Assembly (NCBI GenBank): GCA_965222955.1
Contig: OZ244974.1
Location: 2,077,940 to 2,141,939 of the forward strand
Direction of reading: 5' to 3'
Source: Hyphomicrobiales bacterium
GTDB taxonomy: Bacteria; Pseudomonadota; Alphaproteobacteria; Rhizobiales; CBDCVD01
Length of the DNA stretch: 64,000 bases
Part shown: positions 52,551 through 62,440 of the stretch, one piece after another
Layout: every line of letters begins with the position of its first letter
How positions within the stretch are numbered: position 1 is the stretch's first letter
The notes under the pieces: model-generated
The model's input: only the letters and a program-made list of their open reading frames with translations
The model's database searches: none
Told to the model about the DNA's origin: nothing
Position numbers and translations under genes: made by a program

Positions 52551-53867
52551 TTATGCTTGATGTGTTGATTTTTTGGCTGTTGATGCATTTTGCGCCGGCG
52601 GTATACGCTCCATGCCCCCCATATAGGGGCGCAAGACGGCTGGAATGCGAATGCCGCCGTCGGCGTCCTGATAGTTCTCCATGACCGCGATCAGCGCCCG
52701 CCCGACGGCCACGCCGGAGCCATTCAGGGTATTGACGAAGTGCACGCCGCTCTCTTTATCGCGATAACGCGCGTTCATGCGCCGTGCCTGAAAATCGCCG
52801 CACACCGAACAACTGGAGATTTCCCGATATGCCTGCTGGCCGGCCAGCCAAACTTCGATGTCATAGGTTTTGTGGGCCGAAAAACCCAGATCGCCGGTAC
52901 ACAGGGTCACAACCCGGTAGTGAAGTTCGAGGCGCCGCAAGACCTCCTCGGCGGCGCCAAGCATACGCTCCAACTCATTACGGGCGTGCGGCGGTGTCAC
53001 AATGCTTACCAACTCGACCTTGGAAAACTGGTGTTGACGCAGCATGCCGCGCGTATCCTTGCCCGCCGCCCCCGCCTCCAGGCGAAAACACGGCGTATAG
53101 GCGCAAACACGAAGGGGCAAATCACCATCGTCCAGGATCTGCTCGCGCACCAGATTGGTCAGGGGCACTTCCGCGGTGGGGATCAGCCAGCGGCCATCGG
53201 CGGTGCGAAACTGATCGTCGGCGAATTTCGGCAACTGGCCGGTGCCGAACATCACCGCATCACGCACAATCACGGGAGGTGAGACTTCTTCATAGCCGGC
53301 CTGCAGCGTGTGCGTATCGAGCATGAATTGCGCCAGCGCCCGCTCCAGACGCGCCAGCGCCCCTTTCAGGACCACAAAACGGGCGCCGGAAAGACGCGCC
53401 GCCACTTCGAAATCCATCAGCCCAAGCGCCTCGCCAAGTTCGTAATGCTGCGCCGGCGTAAAGGCGAAAGCAGGCGGCACACCGAAGCGCCGAACCTCCA
53501 TATTGTCCGCCTCATCATCGCCCTCAGGCACGTCCTCGTAGGGCATATTGGGAATCTGCGCCAGCGCCGCATCAAGACGCGCACCTGCCTTACGCGCCAA
53601 CGCCTCATTCTTTTGAATCGAAGATTTCAGCGTCGCGATTTCATCGATCAGCTTCTGCGCCGTCTCCTCATCGCCACCGGCCTTGGCGGCGCCAATGTCC
53701 GTGGAAGCGGCGTTGCGGCGCGCCTGCGCGTTTTGCAACTCGGCAATCACCCCGCGCCGCGTATCATCAAGAGCCATCAGGCTTTGTGCCTGCGGCGCCA
53801 GACCGCGGCGCGCCAGCGCCGCATCAAAATCCTGTGCGTTGTCACGAATGAATTTTATATCGTACAT
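52551..53867 (-). CDS. serS: Serine--tRNA ligase
   Basis: 438 aa; N-terminal coiled-coil arm and class II motifs ([35 protein letters not shown]). Confidence 0.96.
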   Translation of the reverse strand: MYDIKFIRDNAQDFDAALARRGLAPQAQSLMALDDTRRGVIAELQNAQARRNAASTDIGAAKAGGDEETAQKLIDEIATLKSSIQKNEALARKAGARLDAALAQIPNMPYEDVPEGDDEADNMEVRRFGVPPAFAFTPAQHYELGEALGLMDFEVAARLSGARFVVLKGALARLERALAQFMLDTHTLQAGYEEVSPPVIVRDAVMFGTGQLPKFADDQFRTADGRWLIPTAEVPLTNLVREQILDDGDLPLRVCAYTPCFRLEAGAAGKDTRGMLRQHQFSKVELVSIVTPPHARNELERMLGAAEEVLRRLELHYRVVTLCTGDLGFSAHKTYDIEVWLAGQQAYREISSCSVCGDFQARRMNARYRDKESGVHFVNTLNGSGVAVGRALIAVMENYQDADGGIRIPAVLRPYMGGMERIPPAQNASTAKKSTHQA

Positions 53868-53965
53868 GGCTCACTCTGATCGCCTGTTTGAGTGCGCGGA
53901 AGAATCGCTACCCCAAGGCGTATACCATCAAATGGGTCTTTTCCGGTAGGGAATATCGGCCGGGA

Positions 53966-54763
53966 TCACGACGCCTGCCGCGTCTCTCTTGTCCGCCGCT
54001 CGACGCGCATGACCGCAAAGATGGACAACTCGTAGAGAAACAGGGTGGGAACGGCAAGGGCGATCTGGCTGATAAAATCGGGCGGGGTGAGAACCGCCGC
54101 CAGGGCGAAAAACCCGACAACCGCAAACTTGCGCCAACGGCGCAACTGCGCCGCCGTCACCAGCCCCGCACGCGCCAGCAGCGTCAACAGCACGGGAAGC
54201 TGAAAACAAATGCCAAAGGCAAATATCAGCATCATGATAAAGGAGAGGTATTCGCTGACGCGCGGCATGAGTTGAATGGAGGCCTGGGTGTCCGAGCCGG
54301 CCTGTTCCATGGAAAGAAAAAAGCCAAAGGCAAACGGCATGATCACGTAATAGGCCAGTGTCGCGCCCAGGAAGAACAACACCGGCGTGGCGATCAGGTA
54401 GGGCACGAAAACCTGCCGCTCGTGTCGGTAAAGACCGGGGGCGACAAACATATATATCTGCGAGGCAATAATTGGAAAAGCGAAAAACAGCGCGCCGAAC
54501 AACGCCAGTTTCATCTGGGTGAAAAAATATTCGTGAGGCGCGGTGTAAATCAGCTCGATCTGCGTATTTGTCTGTGCCGCGCGCTCGTAAGGGATCAGCA
54601 GAATGTTGAAAATATCATCGGCAAAGAAAAAACAGATGGCAAAAAGCAGTCCCACGGCAACGAGCGAGCGCACCAGCCGCTGACGCAACTCGATCAGATG
54701 CTCCACTAGCGGCGCACGGGAATTCTCAATGGTCTCCAGGTCTTCCTCGTCAGGCGCACGCAT
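53966..54763 (-). CDS. tatC: Sec-independent translocase subunit TatC
   Basis: 265 aa from the ATG at MRAPDEEDLE; PLVEHLIELRQRL and six TM helices. The upstream ORF extension enters a repeat. Confidence 0.93.
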   Translation of the reverse strand: MRAPDEEDLETIENSRAPLVEHLIELRQRLVRSLVAVGLLFAICFFFADDIFNILLIPYERAAQTNTQIELIYTAPHEYFFTQMKLALFGALFFAFPIIASQIYMFVAPGLYRHERQVFVPYLIATPVLFFLGATLAYYVIMPFAFGFFLSMEQAGSDTQASIQLMPRVSEYLSFIMMLIFAFGICFQLPVLLTLLARAGLVTAAQLRRWRKFAVVGFFALAAVLTPPDFISQIALAVPTLFLYELSIFAVMRVERRTRETRQAS

Positions 54764-54817
54764 GAGGGGGCTTTCTTCAGATGGGCTTACCAAGAGCAAC
54801 CTGTTGAAATTACACAA

Positions 54818-55174
54818 CTAGAGCGTGTCAGGTCTTAATAGAACCATTCTGACGGAGCGATTTTGCGACAAGATGAACTTTAAGTCTCGCAGGATATCGT
54901 GGGGCTATTTGCAAGAGACTTAAGGTTCCTATTAGATCAGCCTGGCTTTAGCTGTACCCGTTTTGCCAGGGGTAAAGCTAACGCCATAAAGCAGATCGCC
55001 CTGAAATCCATAGCAAAAGCGCCCGTCCCTTCGGGTTTGCCGATTGGCGGACGCCCACGCTCAAACCGATCTCATGAGATGGGTCGCCATCGCTCTTTGA
55101 TCGCCTTGAGCCCGGGTATCGCCTCGCCAATCGAGAAACGAGAATTGCTTCTATTAAGACCTGACACGCTCTAG
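54818..55174. mobile_element. A-type composite element, 357-bp form, inverted relative to 17748..18104, between tatB and tatC
   Basis: Same perfect 24-bp TIRs. The arms are about 90 percent or more identical by eye to the reverse complement of 17748..18104. F module at about 54933..55012. The right terminus overlaps the tatB TAG stop. Confidence 0.9.
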
Positions 55175-55503
55175 TCCGCACGCTCGCCAGTTGTCGACGC
55201 GCTTGATGGCTTTTTCGTGGCCGCCGCCGGCGGCGTCGATTTGCCCGCGCCAATGGAATTCGATGTAATATCACGGGCCGTGGGAATATCCCTGGTAATA
55301 TCGGCGATGTCGCTTTTTACACTATCGAGTTCCGCCTCTTCCAGCGCCTGGCTGAACTGGCGCTGAAAGTCCCCGGCCATACGGCGCAACTGGGTCATTG
55401 TCTTGCCAATGCCGCGCAGTAGTCCCGGCAATTCCCGTGGACCGACAAACACAATGGCGATCACCACAATGACCATCAGTTCGCCAAATCCTATATTGGG
55501 CAT
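55171..55503 (-). CDS. tatB: Sec-independent translocase subunit TatB
   Basis: 110 aa from the ATG (MPNIGFGELMVIVVIAIVFVGPRELP); amphipathic helix follows. Confidence 0.88.
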   Translation of the reverse strand: MPNIGFGELMVIVVIAIVFVGPRELPGLLRGIGKTMTQLRRMAGDFQRQFSQALEEAELDSVKSDIADITRDIPTARDITSNSIGAGKSTPPAAATKKPSSASTTGERAD

Positions 55504-55729
55504 TATCAACGTCCCTGTACTGCGCTGCGATCAGGAGCAATCGGGTAACAAATCCTCGCGACAAACAATCGGGGACCGACTGGTAACATGGCCACCGCCT
55601 GTTGTTGCCATCCTAAATCCTGCACCGCCTTTATGAAAGCGGCGAGCAGGGGAACGGCTTTTCCAGACCACGCCACGCCACCCCTGGGCGTGAACTCCCC
55701 GGCAAGGGGGACAATCTGAATAGACGCCT

Positions 55730-55969
55730 CTAACCGCTTGCCTTGGTTTTGTTCTCGTCGCGGGCCGATGCGACATCGGCGGTCGTATCGGCGGTCTGCT
55801 CGATTGTTTTCGCCGTATCCACCGCCTTATCCTCTTCGTTCAGGCCGCGCTTGAAACTGTTTATGCCCTTGGCCACATCGCCCATGAGATCGGAAATCTT
55901 GCCGCGCCCGAACAACAGCACGATCAAAACCGCCACAACCACGATCTGCCAAACACCGACTTGTCCCAT
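55730..55969 (-). CDS. tatA: Sec-independent translocase subunit TatA
   Basis: 79 aa; [36 protein letters not shown]. Confidence 0.92.
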   Translation of the reverse strand: MGQVGVWQIVVVAVLIVLLFGRGKISDLMGDVAKGINSFKRGLNEEDKAVDTAKTIEQTADTTADVASARDENKTKASG

Positions 55970-56105
55970 TCCCTTGTCACTTTCCTTTGTCGACTCTCAT
56001 ACGTTCATCCGGCTATCATTGGCCCGAATTATGGCAAAATAGTTATCCCATCGCAACCTGGGAGCTGTCGCACCGCGAATCGCGGCGAAATCCGCGCCGA
56101 TTACC

Positions 56106-56170
56106 GCAGCAAGGCCATACCGAACCATCTATCTGATGGGTTTTTCGAGAACACCCTGCTGAAGTTACAC
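56106..56170. repeat. E-type partial element
   Basis: gcagcaaggccataccgaaccatctatctgatgggtttttcgagaacaccctgctgaagttacac. Confidence 0.6.
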
Positions 56171-56188
56171 AACGATAGCCCCTTCGGA

Positions 56189-57316
56189 TCATGCTCCGGC
56201 ACGCTCAAAAACCAGTATCTGGCGCGGATCGACGGAAACCATAACCTCGTCAGCCACCTGATGGTGCTTACAGCGCACTTTCGCCTTGATGGGAACATCT
56301 ATATCCTGCACGGCGATTTCGAGCAGACAGAATTCCCCCAAAAACCGATGACTGAGAATGCGCCCCACCACACCGGGACCGCCATCGGCGACGCTCACAC
56401 CGTTAATGCGGATACCCAGCCGCACCCGCGTGTCGTCATCCATGCGATCCACCTTATGGCGGCCGAAGGGGGTATGCACGTGCCCGTCCCGGACAATACC
56501 CGTGATCTCGTTGAACTCGGAAAAAAAACGCGCCGCGTGCAAATTGACAGGCGCGCGATACAACTCGCCAGCACTTCCCGCCTGCAACAGTTTACCCTCG
56601 GACATCAAGACAATGCGATCGCTCAAACGCATCGCCTCATCCGGATCGTGGGTGACAATAATACAGGTTGCGCGCGTCTCGCGCAGAATGGCCAGAGTCT
56701 CGTCGCGAACCTGGTGGCGCAAGGACCGGTCCAGGCCCGAAAACGGCTCATCCATAAGCATCACAGACGGTCGCGGCGCAATAGCGCGCGCCAGAGCCAC
56801 CCGCTGCTGCTCGCCACCCGACAAGGCGTGCGGGTATTGCGACGCATACGCCGCCAGGCCAACCCGCTGCAGGGCGCTTAAACTTTCCGTTCGCGCCTGG
56901 GCGCGGGTCAGTCCGCGCAAGCCGAATTGCACATTCTCCAGCAGGCTCAGATGAGGAAACAGGGCGTAGTCCTGGAATACCAGACCGATGCCACGCTCTT
57001 CGGGAGGCATAAAACAGTCATCATCGGCAATGCAGCGGCCGTTGATCAGCACCCGTCCGCTGCGTTGCCGCTCCAGCCCAGCCGCAACGCGCAACAATGT
57101 TGTCTTGCCACAACCGGAAGCGCCCAGCAGACAAAGGATTTCTCCCGGTTCCACGTCAAGCGTGATACCGCTCAGCGAGATCTGATCGCCATAAGCGTGA
57201 TCAATGTCCTCAAAACTCAATCGCGCGGCGATGGTCGCCGCGGCCGTGCCCCGTTGCCCCCAATCCGTCTCCCCAACGGGCTGCCTGACGCCAGGCATGG
57301 AAAATCCCGCTCGCAT
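56189..57316 (-). CDS. ABC transporter ATP-binding protein (PotA/FbpC/CysA-like with C-terminal TOBE-like domain)
   Basis: Walker A GASGCGKTT, signature LSGGEQQRVALARA, Walker B VMLMDEPFSGLD. Start uncertain: ATG at 57316 has GAGGA upstream; the ORF is open to 57430. Confidence 0.85.
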   Translation of the reverse strand: MRAGFSMPGVRQPVGETDWGQRGTAAATIAARLSFEDIDHAYGDQISLSGITLDVEPGEILCLLGASGCGKTTLLRVAAGLERQRSGRVLINGRCIADDDCFMPPEERGIGLVFQDYALFPHLSLLENVQFGLRGLTRAQARTESLSALQRVGLAAYASQYPHALSGGEQQRVALARAIAPRPSVMLMDEPFSGLDRSLRHQVRDETLAILRETRATCIIVTHDPDEAMRLSDRIVLMSEGKLLQAGSAGELYRAPVNLHAARFFSEFNEITGIVRDGHVHTPFGRHKVDRMDDDTRVRLGIRINGVSVADGGPGVVGRILSHRFLGEFCLLEIAVQDIDVPIKAKVRCKHHQVADEVMVSVDPRQILVFERAGA

Positions 57317-57548
57317 TTGTGTTCCGATCCTCAAACCCGCCTTGCCGCCCTTCGTATCAAGGTCCATGATAGCACGTATATTTAACAGAATATGTGCTTT
57401 TGGCGGGAAAATCCATACAGCACCCGGCAAATGATTATGGCAAAGTAACTTTTTGTGATACGGAATACCGCCCGTTGGCTGGTGCGCCGCGACGCCGAAA
57501 CGATCCGCTTTATCCTATCGGCGTGTCAGTGCGCCCTGCCCGCCCGGG

Positions 57549-57636
57549 TGTCATCTTTCATTGCCCCAGGGTGGCCGGTTCGGGCCATCCAGTCTCACCC
57601 GATACGTTTTTCAAGAACAACCTGTTGAAATCGCAC
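57549..57636. repeat. E-type partial element
   Basis: gtcatctttcattgcc...ggccggttcgggccatccag...tttttcaagaacaacctgttgaaatcgcac. Confidence 0.6.
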
Positions 57637-57641
57637 GACCC

Positions 57642-58850
57642 ATGCCAACCCCGAAACAAGCACCCGCGAACGCCACAGGGCTGAACACGCCGTTTGCGCT
57701 GTTGGCGCTCATGGCGGTGACAAGCAGTTTTGCGTTCGCCACCTGGACGGTGGTCCTGAACAATTTTGTGATCGAAGTCGGCGGCTTCAGCGGACGCGAG
57801 ATCGGTATCCAGCAATCAATTCGCGAAATCCCCGGTTTCATGGCGTTTGCCGCGGTACTGCTGCTGCTGTTCATGCGCGAACAGACCCTGGCGATCTTCT
57901 CGCTCCTTCTCCTTGGCTTTGGCGTGGCCATCACCGGCGCCTTTCCCAGTATCGCCGGCATCTACACAACGACATTGATCATGTCCATCGGATTTCACTA
58001 CTATGAAACTGTCAAGCAATCCCTGTCGCTGCAATGGCTGGAAAAACACGAAGCGCCCCGACGCCTGGGGCAGTTGATCGGTGTTGCGAGCGCGGCGCAA
58101 CTGCTGGCCTTTGCCCTTGTCTTTATCGTCTCGCGTGCCCTTGATCTGTCATTTGCCCGCATCTTCGCCTTCGCCGGCCTGGCCGCCATGGCGCTGGCGG
58201 CACTTGCCTGGCTGTATTTTCCCATGTTGCCGCAAAAGGTGCCGCAGCACAAAAAGCTGTTTCTGCGCAAGCGCTATTGGCTGTATTATGCGCTGACCTT
58301 CATGGGAGGGGCGCGGCGCCAGATATTTCTTGTTTTCGCCAGTTTCATGATGGTGGAGCGCTTTGGCTATGACGTCCATCATATCGCGGCGCTCTATTTT
58401 CTCAACGGCGGGCTGAACATGGTCCTCGCGCCCCTGATCGGCACCTGGATCGGCCGGGTCGGCGAGCGGCGCGCCCTTGTCCTTGAATATATCGGCCTGA
58501 TCATTGTCTTTACCGCTTACGCCTATGTGGCGCATCCCTGGGTCGCGGCAGCGCTGTATGTGATCGATCACGCCTTTTTCGCCCTGGCGCTCGGCATCAA
58601 GACCTATTTTCAGAAAATCGCCGATCCGGCGGATATGGCCTCCAGCGCCGGCGTTGCGTTTACCATCAATCACATCGCCGCGGTGGGTATTCCGGTGGTA
58701 TTCGGCTTTATCTGGCTCGTCAGCCCGACGGCGGTGTTTTTACTCGGTGCGGCAATGGCGCTCATTTCGCTGCTTCTTGCCCTGTTGGTGCCACGCCAGC
58801 CGCTGCCCGGACGCGAGACGGTCTTCAGCACGCCCGCACCGGCCCTCTAA
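57642..58850 (+). CDS. MFS transporter
   Basis: 402 aa from the ATG at MPTPKQAP; about 12 predicted TM helices in two halves. The upstream ORF extension lies in an E-type repeat. Confidence 0.75.
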   Translation: MPTPKQAPANATGLNTPFALLALMAVTSSFAFATWTVVLNNFVIEVGGFSGREIGIQQSIREIPGFMAFAAVLLLLFMREQTLAIFSLLLLGFGVAITGAFPSIAGIYTTTLIMSIGFHYYETVKQSLSLQWLEKHEAPRRLGQLIGVASAAQLLAFALVFIVSRALDLSFARIFAFAGLAAMALAALAWLYFPMLPQKVPQHKKLFLRKRYWLYYALTFMGGARRQIFLVFASFMMVERFGYDVHHIAALYFLNGGLNMVLAPLIGTWIGRVGERRALVLEYIGLIIVFTAYAYVAHPWVAAALYVIDHAFFALALGIKTYFQKIADPADMASSAGVAFTINHIAAVGIPVVFGFIWLVSPTAVFLLGAAMALISLLLALLVPRQPLPGRETVFSTPAPAL

Positions 58851-59028
58851 AGCGTCGGGCGTTTAAATTGCACATCTGGAGCGTGGGTGTCGACGCGGCC
58901 CGCGGCCCTGCGGACATGAGAGGCCCCGACAAGAGACAAGACCGGACAAGAAACGGGTGGCGCGATGTTGCGGGCGCTCCGTATTCTTCATTTCAGCATG
59001 GCAATACCGCCCCTGAACCGGAGAAGAC

Positions 59029-59499
59029 ATGTCAATTCGCTTTGTCGCCCTTCATACCGATTGTGTCCGTGCGCTTCAGGGAGGAGGGCCGGACGCAAAC
59101 GGTCACACGCCCGAGCGCCATATTTCCGATGGAACCGATACCCCCTGCCGCCACTGTCTAAAACAGATCAAAGCTGGAGAATCCTATCTGATCTTGGCCC
59201 ATCGACCGTTTCCCGCAGCGCAGCCCTACGCCGAACAGGGGCCGATTTTTCTGCACGAACGCCATTGTCTACGCTACGCCTCGAACGCCGGCTTGCCCCA
59301 GGACGTCCTCAATAGTGCACACTATATGCTGCGCGGCTATGACGCCCACGATCGTATCGTTTACGGCTCCGGCCGGATGGTCGCGACACGGAATATCGCC
59401 CGTGAAGCGCGCCATCTGCTTGCCGATCCACGTATCGTCATGCTGCACGTGCGATCCGCAACAAACAATTGCTACTTGTGCCGCATTGAGCGCACCTGA
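59029..59499 (+). CDS. DUF1203 domain-containing protein
   Basis: 156 aa; PCRHCL...G....L.......PY.E.GPIFLH pattern recalled from DUF1203; GGAGAAGAC precedes the ATG. Confidence 0.65.
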   Translation: MSIRFVALHTDCVRALQGGGPDANGHTPERHISDGTDTPCRHCLKQIKAGESYLILAHRPFPAAQPYAEQGPIFLHERHCLRYASNAGLPQDVLNSAHYMLRGYDAHDRIVYGSGRMVATRNIAREARHLLADPRIVMLHVRSATNNCYLCRIERT

Positions 59500-59503
59500 T
59501 AAA

Positions 59504-59800
59504 GTTGATCGCGAAGAAAAGTCCTTCGCTCCGCTTGCGTGTACTTTTCTTCATTTAAAACAATGAGAAAACAACGCTCGAGAAGGCGTGGCGCTTCGCT
59601 TTGTTGCCAGGTTTTGGTACATTTGCGCATAATACCAGGGGACTTTGCGTTTGACTCCTGGCCTGGTTTAAACCGTTGTCTTATCAGTACGATACACACG
59701 TCAGCATGTACAAAACGCCAATACCGCTGGTATGATTTGTCCTTATTTTATTGGGAACAAGTAGACCGAGGCGAAGCCGGAGGACTTCTTTACATTCAAC
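59504..59800. mobile_element. Long-TIR element with nested B-type core (59631..59733)
   Basis: gttgatcgcgaagaaaagtccttcgctccgcttgcgtgtacttttcttc...ccgaggcgaagccggaggacttctttacattcaac. Confidence 0.8.
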
Positions 59801-59841
59801 GATACAGCGGCGCGCCCCTGGCCCCGTTCGGGCTGCGAAAA

Positions 59842-59916
59842 TGGTGGGCGCGGCTGGGATTGAACCAGCGACCCCTACGATGTCAACGTAGTGCTCTCCC
59901 GCTGAGCTACGCGCCC
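59842..59916 (-). tRNA. tRNA-Val (anticodon GAC), CCA encoded
   Basis: Reverse complement GGGCGCGTAGCTCAGCGGGAGAGCACTACGTTGACATCGTAGGGGTCGCTGGTTCAATCCCAGCCGCGCCCACCA folds by hand into a 7/4/5/5 cloverleaf with anticodon loop TTGACAT. Confidence 0.92.
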
Positions 59917-60124
59917 GCCAAGTCGACGCAGCGGTTACACCATGAAACCCGTGGCCGCGTCAAGTTATCCGTGCGATTATTTGCCTGATGGCAGGCTCTG
60001 GCCATCGCGCGCCGGATGCGATAGCATGTAGGGAATGAATTTAACATTTGCGTCCCGACTGCTTGCCGGGCACGTTTTCAAATATCACATTCAAGGTTCA
60101 ACCGGAACGTTATCGTGGCCCGTT

Positions 60125-60262
60125 GTGATCTTTCGGCAGGTCGTTCTTGAAAAAACCATCAGATGGATGGCCCGATATGGCCTTGCTGCAACAATCTGTG
60201 GCCGTGGCGACAAGAGGTGTCACTTCAGGTTTATCCGTCGTTACACAACCTGCTGAAAGATC
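60125..60262. mobile_element. E-type element
   Basis: gtgatctttcggcaggtcgttcttg...ggcccgatatggccttgc...cgttacacaacctgctgaaagatcc. Confidence 0.75.
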
Positions 60263-60265
60263 CTA

Positions 60266-60335
60266 TCCAGATCAGCACGCGTTTAGCGTTACCCATTTGC
60301 CAGGGATAAAGCGAAACGCATAAAGCTGATCGCCC
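60266..60335. mobile_element. F-type element, solo copy
   Basis: ccagatcagcacgcgtttagcgttacccatttgccagggataaagcgaaacgcataaagctgatcgcc matches the F modules inside the two 357-bp A-type composites. Confidence 0.7.
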
Positions 60336-60368
60336 CGGCCGCAAGGCCCCCGGACGGACGCTCTCCCT

Positions 60369-62366
60369 ATGAACCCGCCAGCATTTTCGCACCTGTTTTC
60401 GCCTATCACCGTCGGCCACAAGACGCTTAAACATCGGCTCAATATGGGCGCCCATACGGCCAATATGTCACAGGCACGGCTGCCGTCGGCGCGCCACAAG
60501 GGCTACTATCTGGAACGCGCCATGGGCGGTGCCGCCATGATTGTGGTGGAGCCGGTACCGGTGCACCGCTCTGGAGTGTTCAAACGCGGCTGCTTTCTCG
60601 CCGAAAGCGATGCCATCATTGAGCCCTTTCGCGATATTGTCGATGCCTGTCACGCGTACCAGACCGTGATGGTGCAGCAACTGCTGCATATCGGCGCCCA
60701 TGGCGATTACGACAATTCCTATCACGCGAACTGGTCGCCGTCGGGCTTTGCCTCCTATCACGATTCGGACGGCAGCCACGGGATGAGCGGCGCCCAGATT
60801 GAGGAAGTCATCGACGCGTTTGTCGCCGCCGCCCTACGGGCCCAACAGGCGCATTTTGACGGCGTGGAGATTTTCGCCGCCTATAACGCCCTGGTGGACC
60901 AGTTCTGGTCGCCTCTGACCAATACCCGCAACGACGAATGGGGCGGCGATTTTACCCGGCGGATGCGCTTTAGCGCCGAAATCCTGACGCGCATCCGCAA
61001 GGCTTGCGGCGATCGCTTTATTATCGGACTTGCGGTTACCGGCGATGATCTGGTACCGGGAAGCCTCGACAATGCCGCAATTGCCGCAATCGCCGGCTGG
61101 CACGACAGCCGCCGGCTGATGGACTACATCAGCGTCGGAACGGGAAGTTATTTTGATTTCTCACGGCTTATACCCACCTTTCAGCATGCCGACAAACTTG
61201 GCGCCTCCCTGGCCGCTGGCGTCAAGGCGGCGGTGATGCATGCCCGCGTTCAGGCCGAGAGCCATATTCGCACGCCGGAAAATGCCGACTATGTTATTGC
61301 CTCGGGCGATGCGGATATGGTCTCGATCGTGCGCGGCCAGATCGCCGACCCACATATGGCGAACAAGGCGCAAGACGGGCGCGTGGAGGATATTCGCCCG
61401 TGCATATCCTGCAATCAGATGTGCTGGGGACGGCGCGGACGCGACTATTACATTTCGTGTCTGGTGAACCCTTCGGCAGGGCACGAGTTTCAATGGGGCG
61501 GCGACCGGTTTCATCCCATGGAGAACCCGCGCAAGGTTCTGGTTGTCGGCGGTGGCCCGGCGGGCCTTGAGGCGGCACGGGTGGCGGCCGAGCGCGGCGC
61601 GCGCGTGACCCTTGCCGAGGCCTCCGATAAACTGGGGGGCCAGTTTCGTCTCGCCGGCCTGCAGCCGCGACGGGGACAAATTCTCGATCTTGTCGGCTGG
61701 TACGAAGCGCAGTTGCGAAACCTGCAAGTCAATGTCCTGTATAACGCGCCCATGGACGCCGACGATGTGATCGGTTTTAAGGCCGATGCGGTGGTGCTTG
61801 CCACGGGATCGCTTCCCGCCGATACCGGTTTTCAGCGCGCCCTGGCCCATGTGCCGCGTCTTGCGGGCCTGGAGCGCGGCAACTGGGCCTCCGTTGAGGA
61901 CATTATCGGCGGCGCCAAACGCGCTGGCGAACACGTCCTCCTGATCGATGACGGGGGCAACTGGCGCGGCGGCGGAACGGCGTGGTACATGGCGGAGCGG
62001 GGCCATCGGGTCACCCTCGTTACCCCCGATGCCATGGCCGCCAGGGAATTGCAGCGAAGCGCCGCAGACTTTGCTCTGCACAAAACCTTCAAGCACCTTG
62101 GTGTTGAGACCATCGTTCATTCGGCTATCGGCGAGTGGCATGGCGATGGCGCAACATTGATCAATATTCTTGACAACAGCACCCGCGATATCGCCGCCGA
62201 TACGCTGGTTCTGGCGACGCCGAACGTCTCGGTGCGCTGGCTCGGTGATGCCCTTGATGCCTGGCACGGCAGGGCGCCGCAAATGTTCCAGATCGGCGAT
62301 GGTGTGGCGCCGCGCGGCGCACCGGCCGCCATTTATGAAGGGCGCACAACCGCCCTGGCACTGTAA
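60369..62366 (+). CDS. Old-Yellow-Enzyme-type NADH:flavin oxidoreductase fused to an FAD/NAD(P)-binding domain (2,4-dienoyl-CoA reductase-like)
   Basis: 665 aa; N-terminal OYE TIM-barrel pattern, 4Fe-4S Cys cluster CISCNQMCWG...CLVNP, then Rossmann motif VLVVGGGPAGLEAA. Confidence 0.85.
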   Translation: MNPPAFSHLFSPITVGHKTLKHRLNMGAHTANMSQARLPSARHKGYYLERAMGGAAMIVVEPVPVHRSGVFKRGCFLAESDAIIEPFRDIVDACHAYQTVMVQQLLHIGAHGDYDNSYHANWSPSGFASYHDSDGSHGMSGAQIEEVIDAFVAAALRAQQAHFDGVEIFAAYNALVDQFWSPLTNTRNDEWGGDFTRRMRFSAEILTRIRKACGDRFIIGLAVTGDDLVPGSLDNAAIAAIAGWHDSRRLMDYISVGTGSYFDFSRLIPTFQHADKLGASLAAGVKAAVMHARVQAESHIRTPENADYVIASGDADMVSIVRGQIADPHMANKAQDGRVEDIRPCISCNQMCWGRRGRDYYISCLVNPSAGHEFQWGGDRFHPMENPRKVLVVGGGPAGLEAARVAAERGARVTLAEASDKLGGQFRLAGLQPRRGQILDLVGWYEAQLRNLQVNVLYNAPMDADDVIGFKADAVVLATGSLPADTGFQRALAHVPRLAGLERGNWASVEDIIGGAKRAGEHVLLIDDGGNWRGGGTAWYMAERGHRVTLVTPDAMAARELQRSAADFALHKTFKHLGVETIVHSAIGEWHGDGATLINILDNSTRDIAADTLVLATPNVSVRWLGDALDAWHGRAPQMFQIGDGVAPRGAPAAIYEGRTTALAL

Positions 62367-62419
62367 CACCAGCGGCGCTTGTATCGCAGGATACGCACCA
62401 CAATTAGCTGAATGTGAAC

Positions 62420-62440
62420 AAGACGTTTAACACGCTCTAG
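62420..62440. repeat. A-type terminus remnant overlapping a permease stop codon
   Basis: aagacgtttaacacgctctag; the terminal cta is the TAG stop of CDS 62437..63117. Confidence 0.55.
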
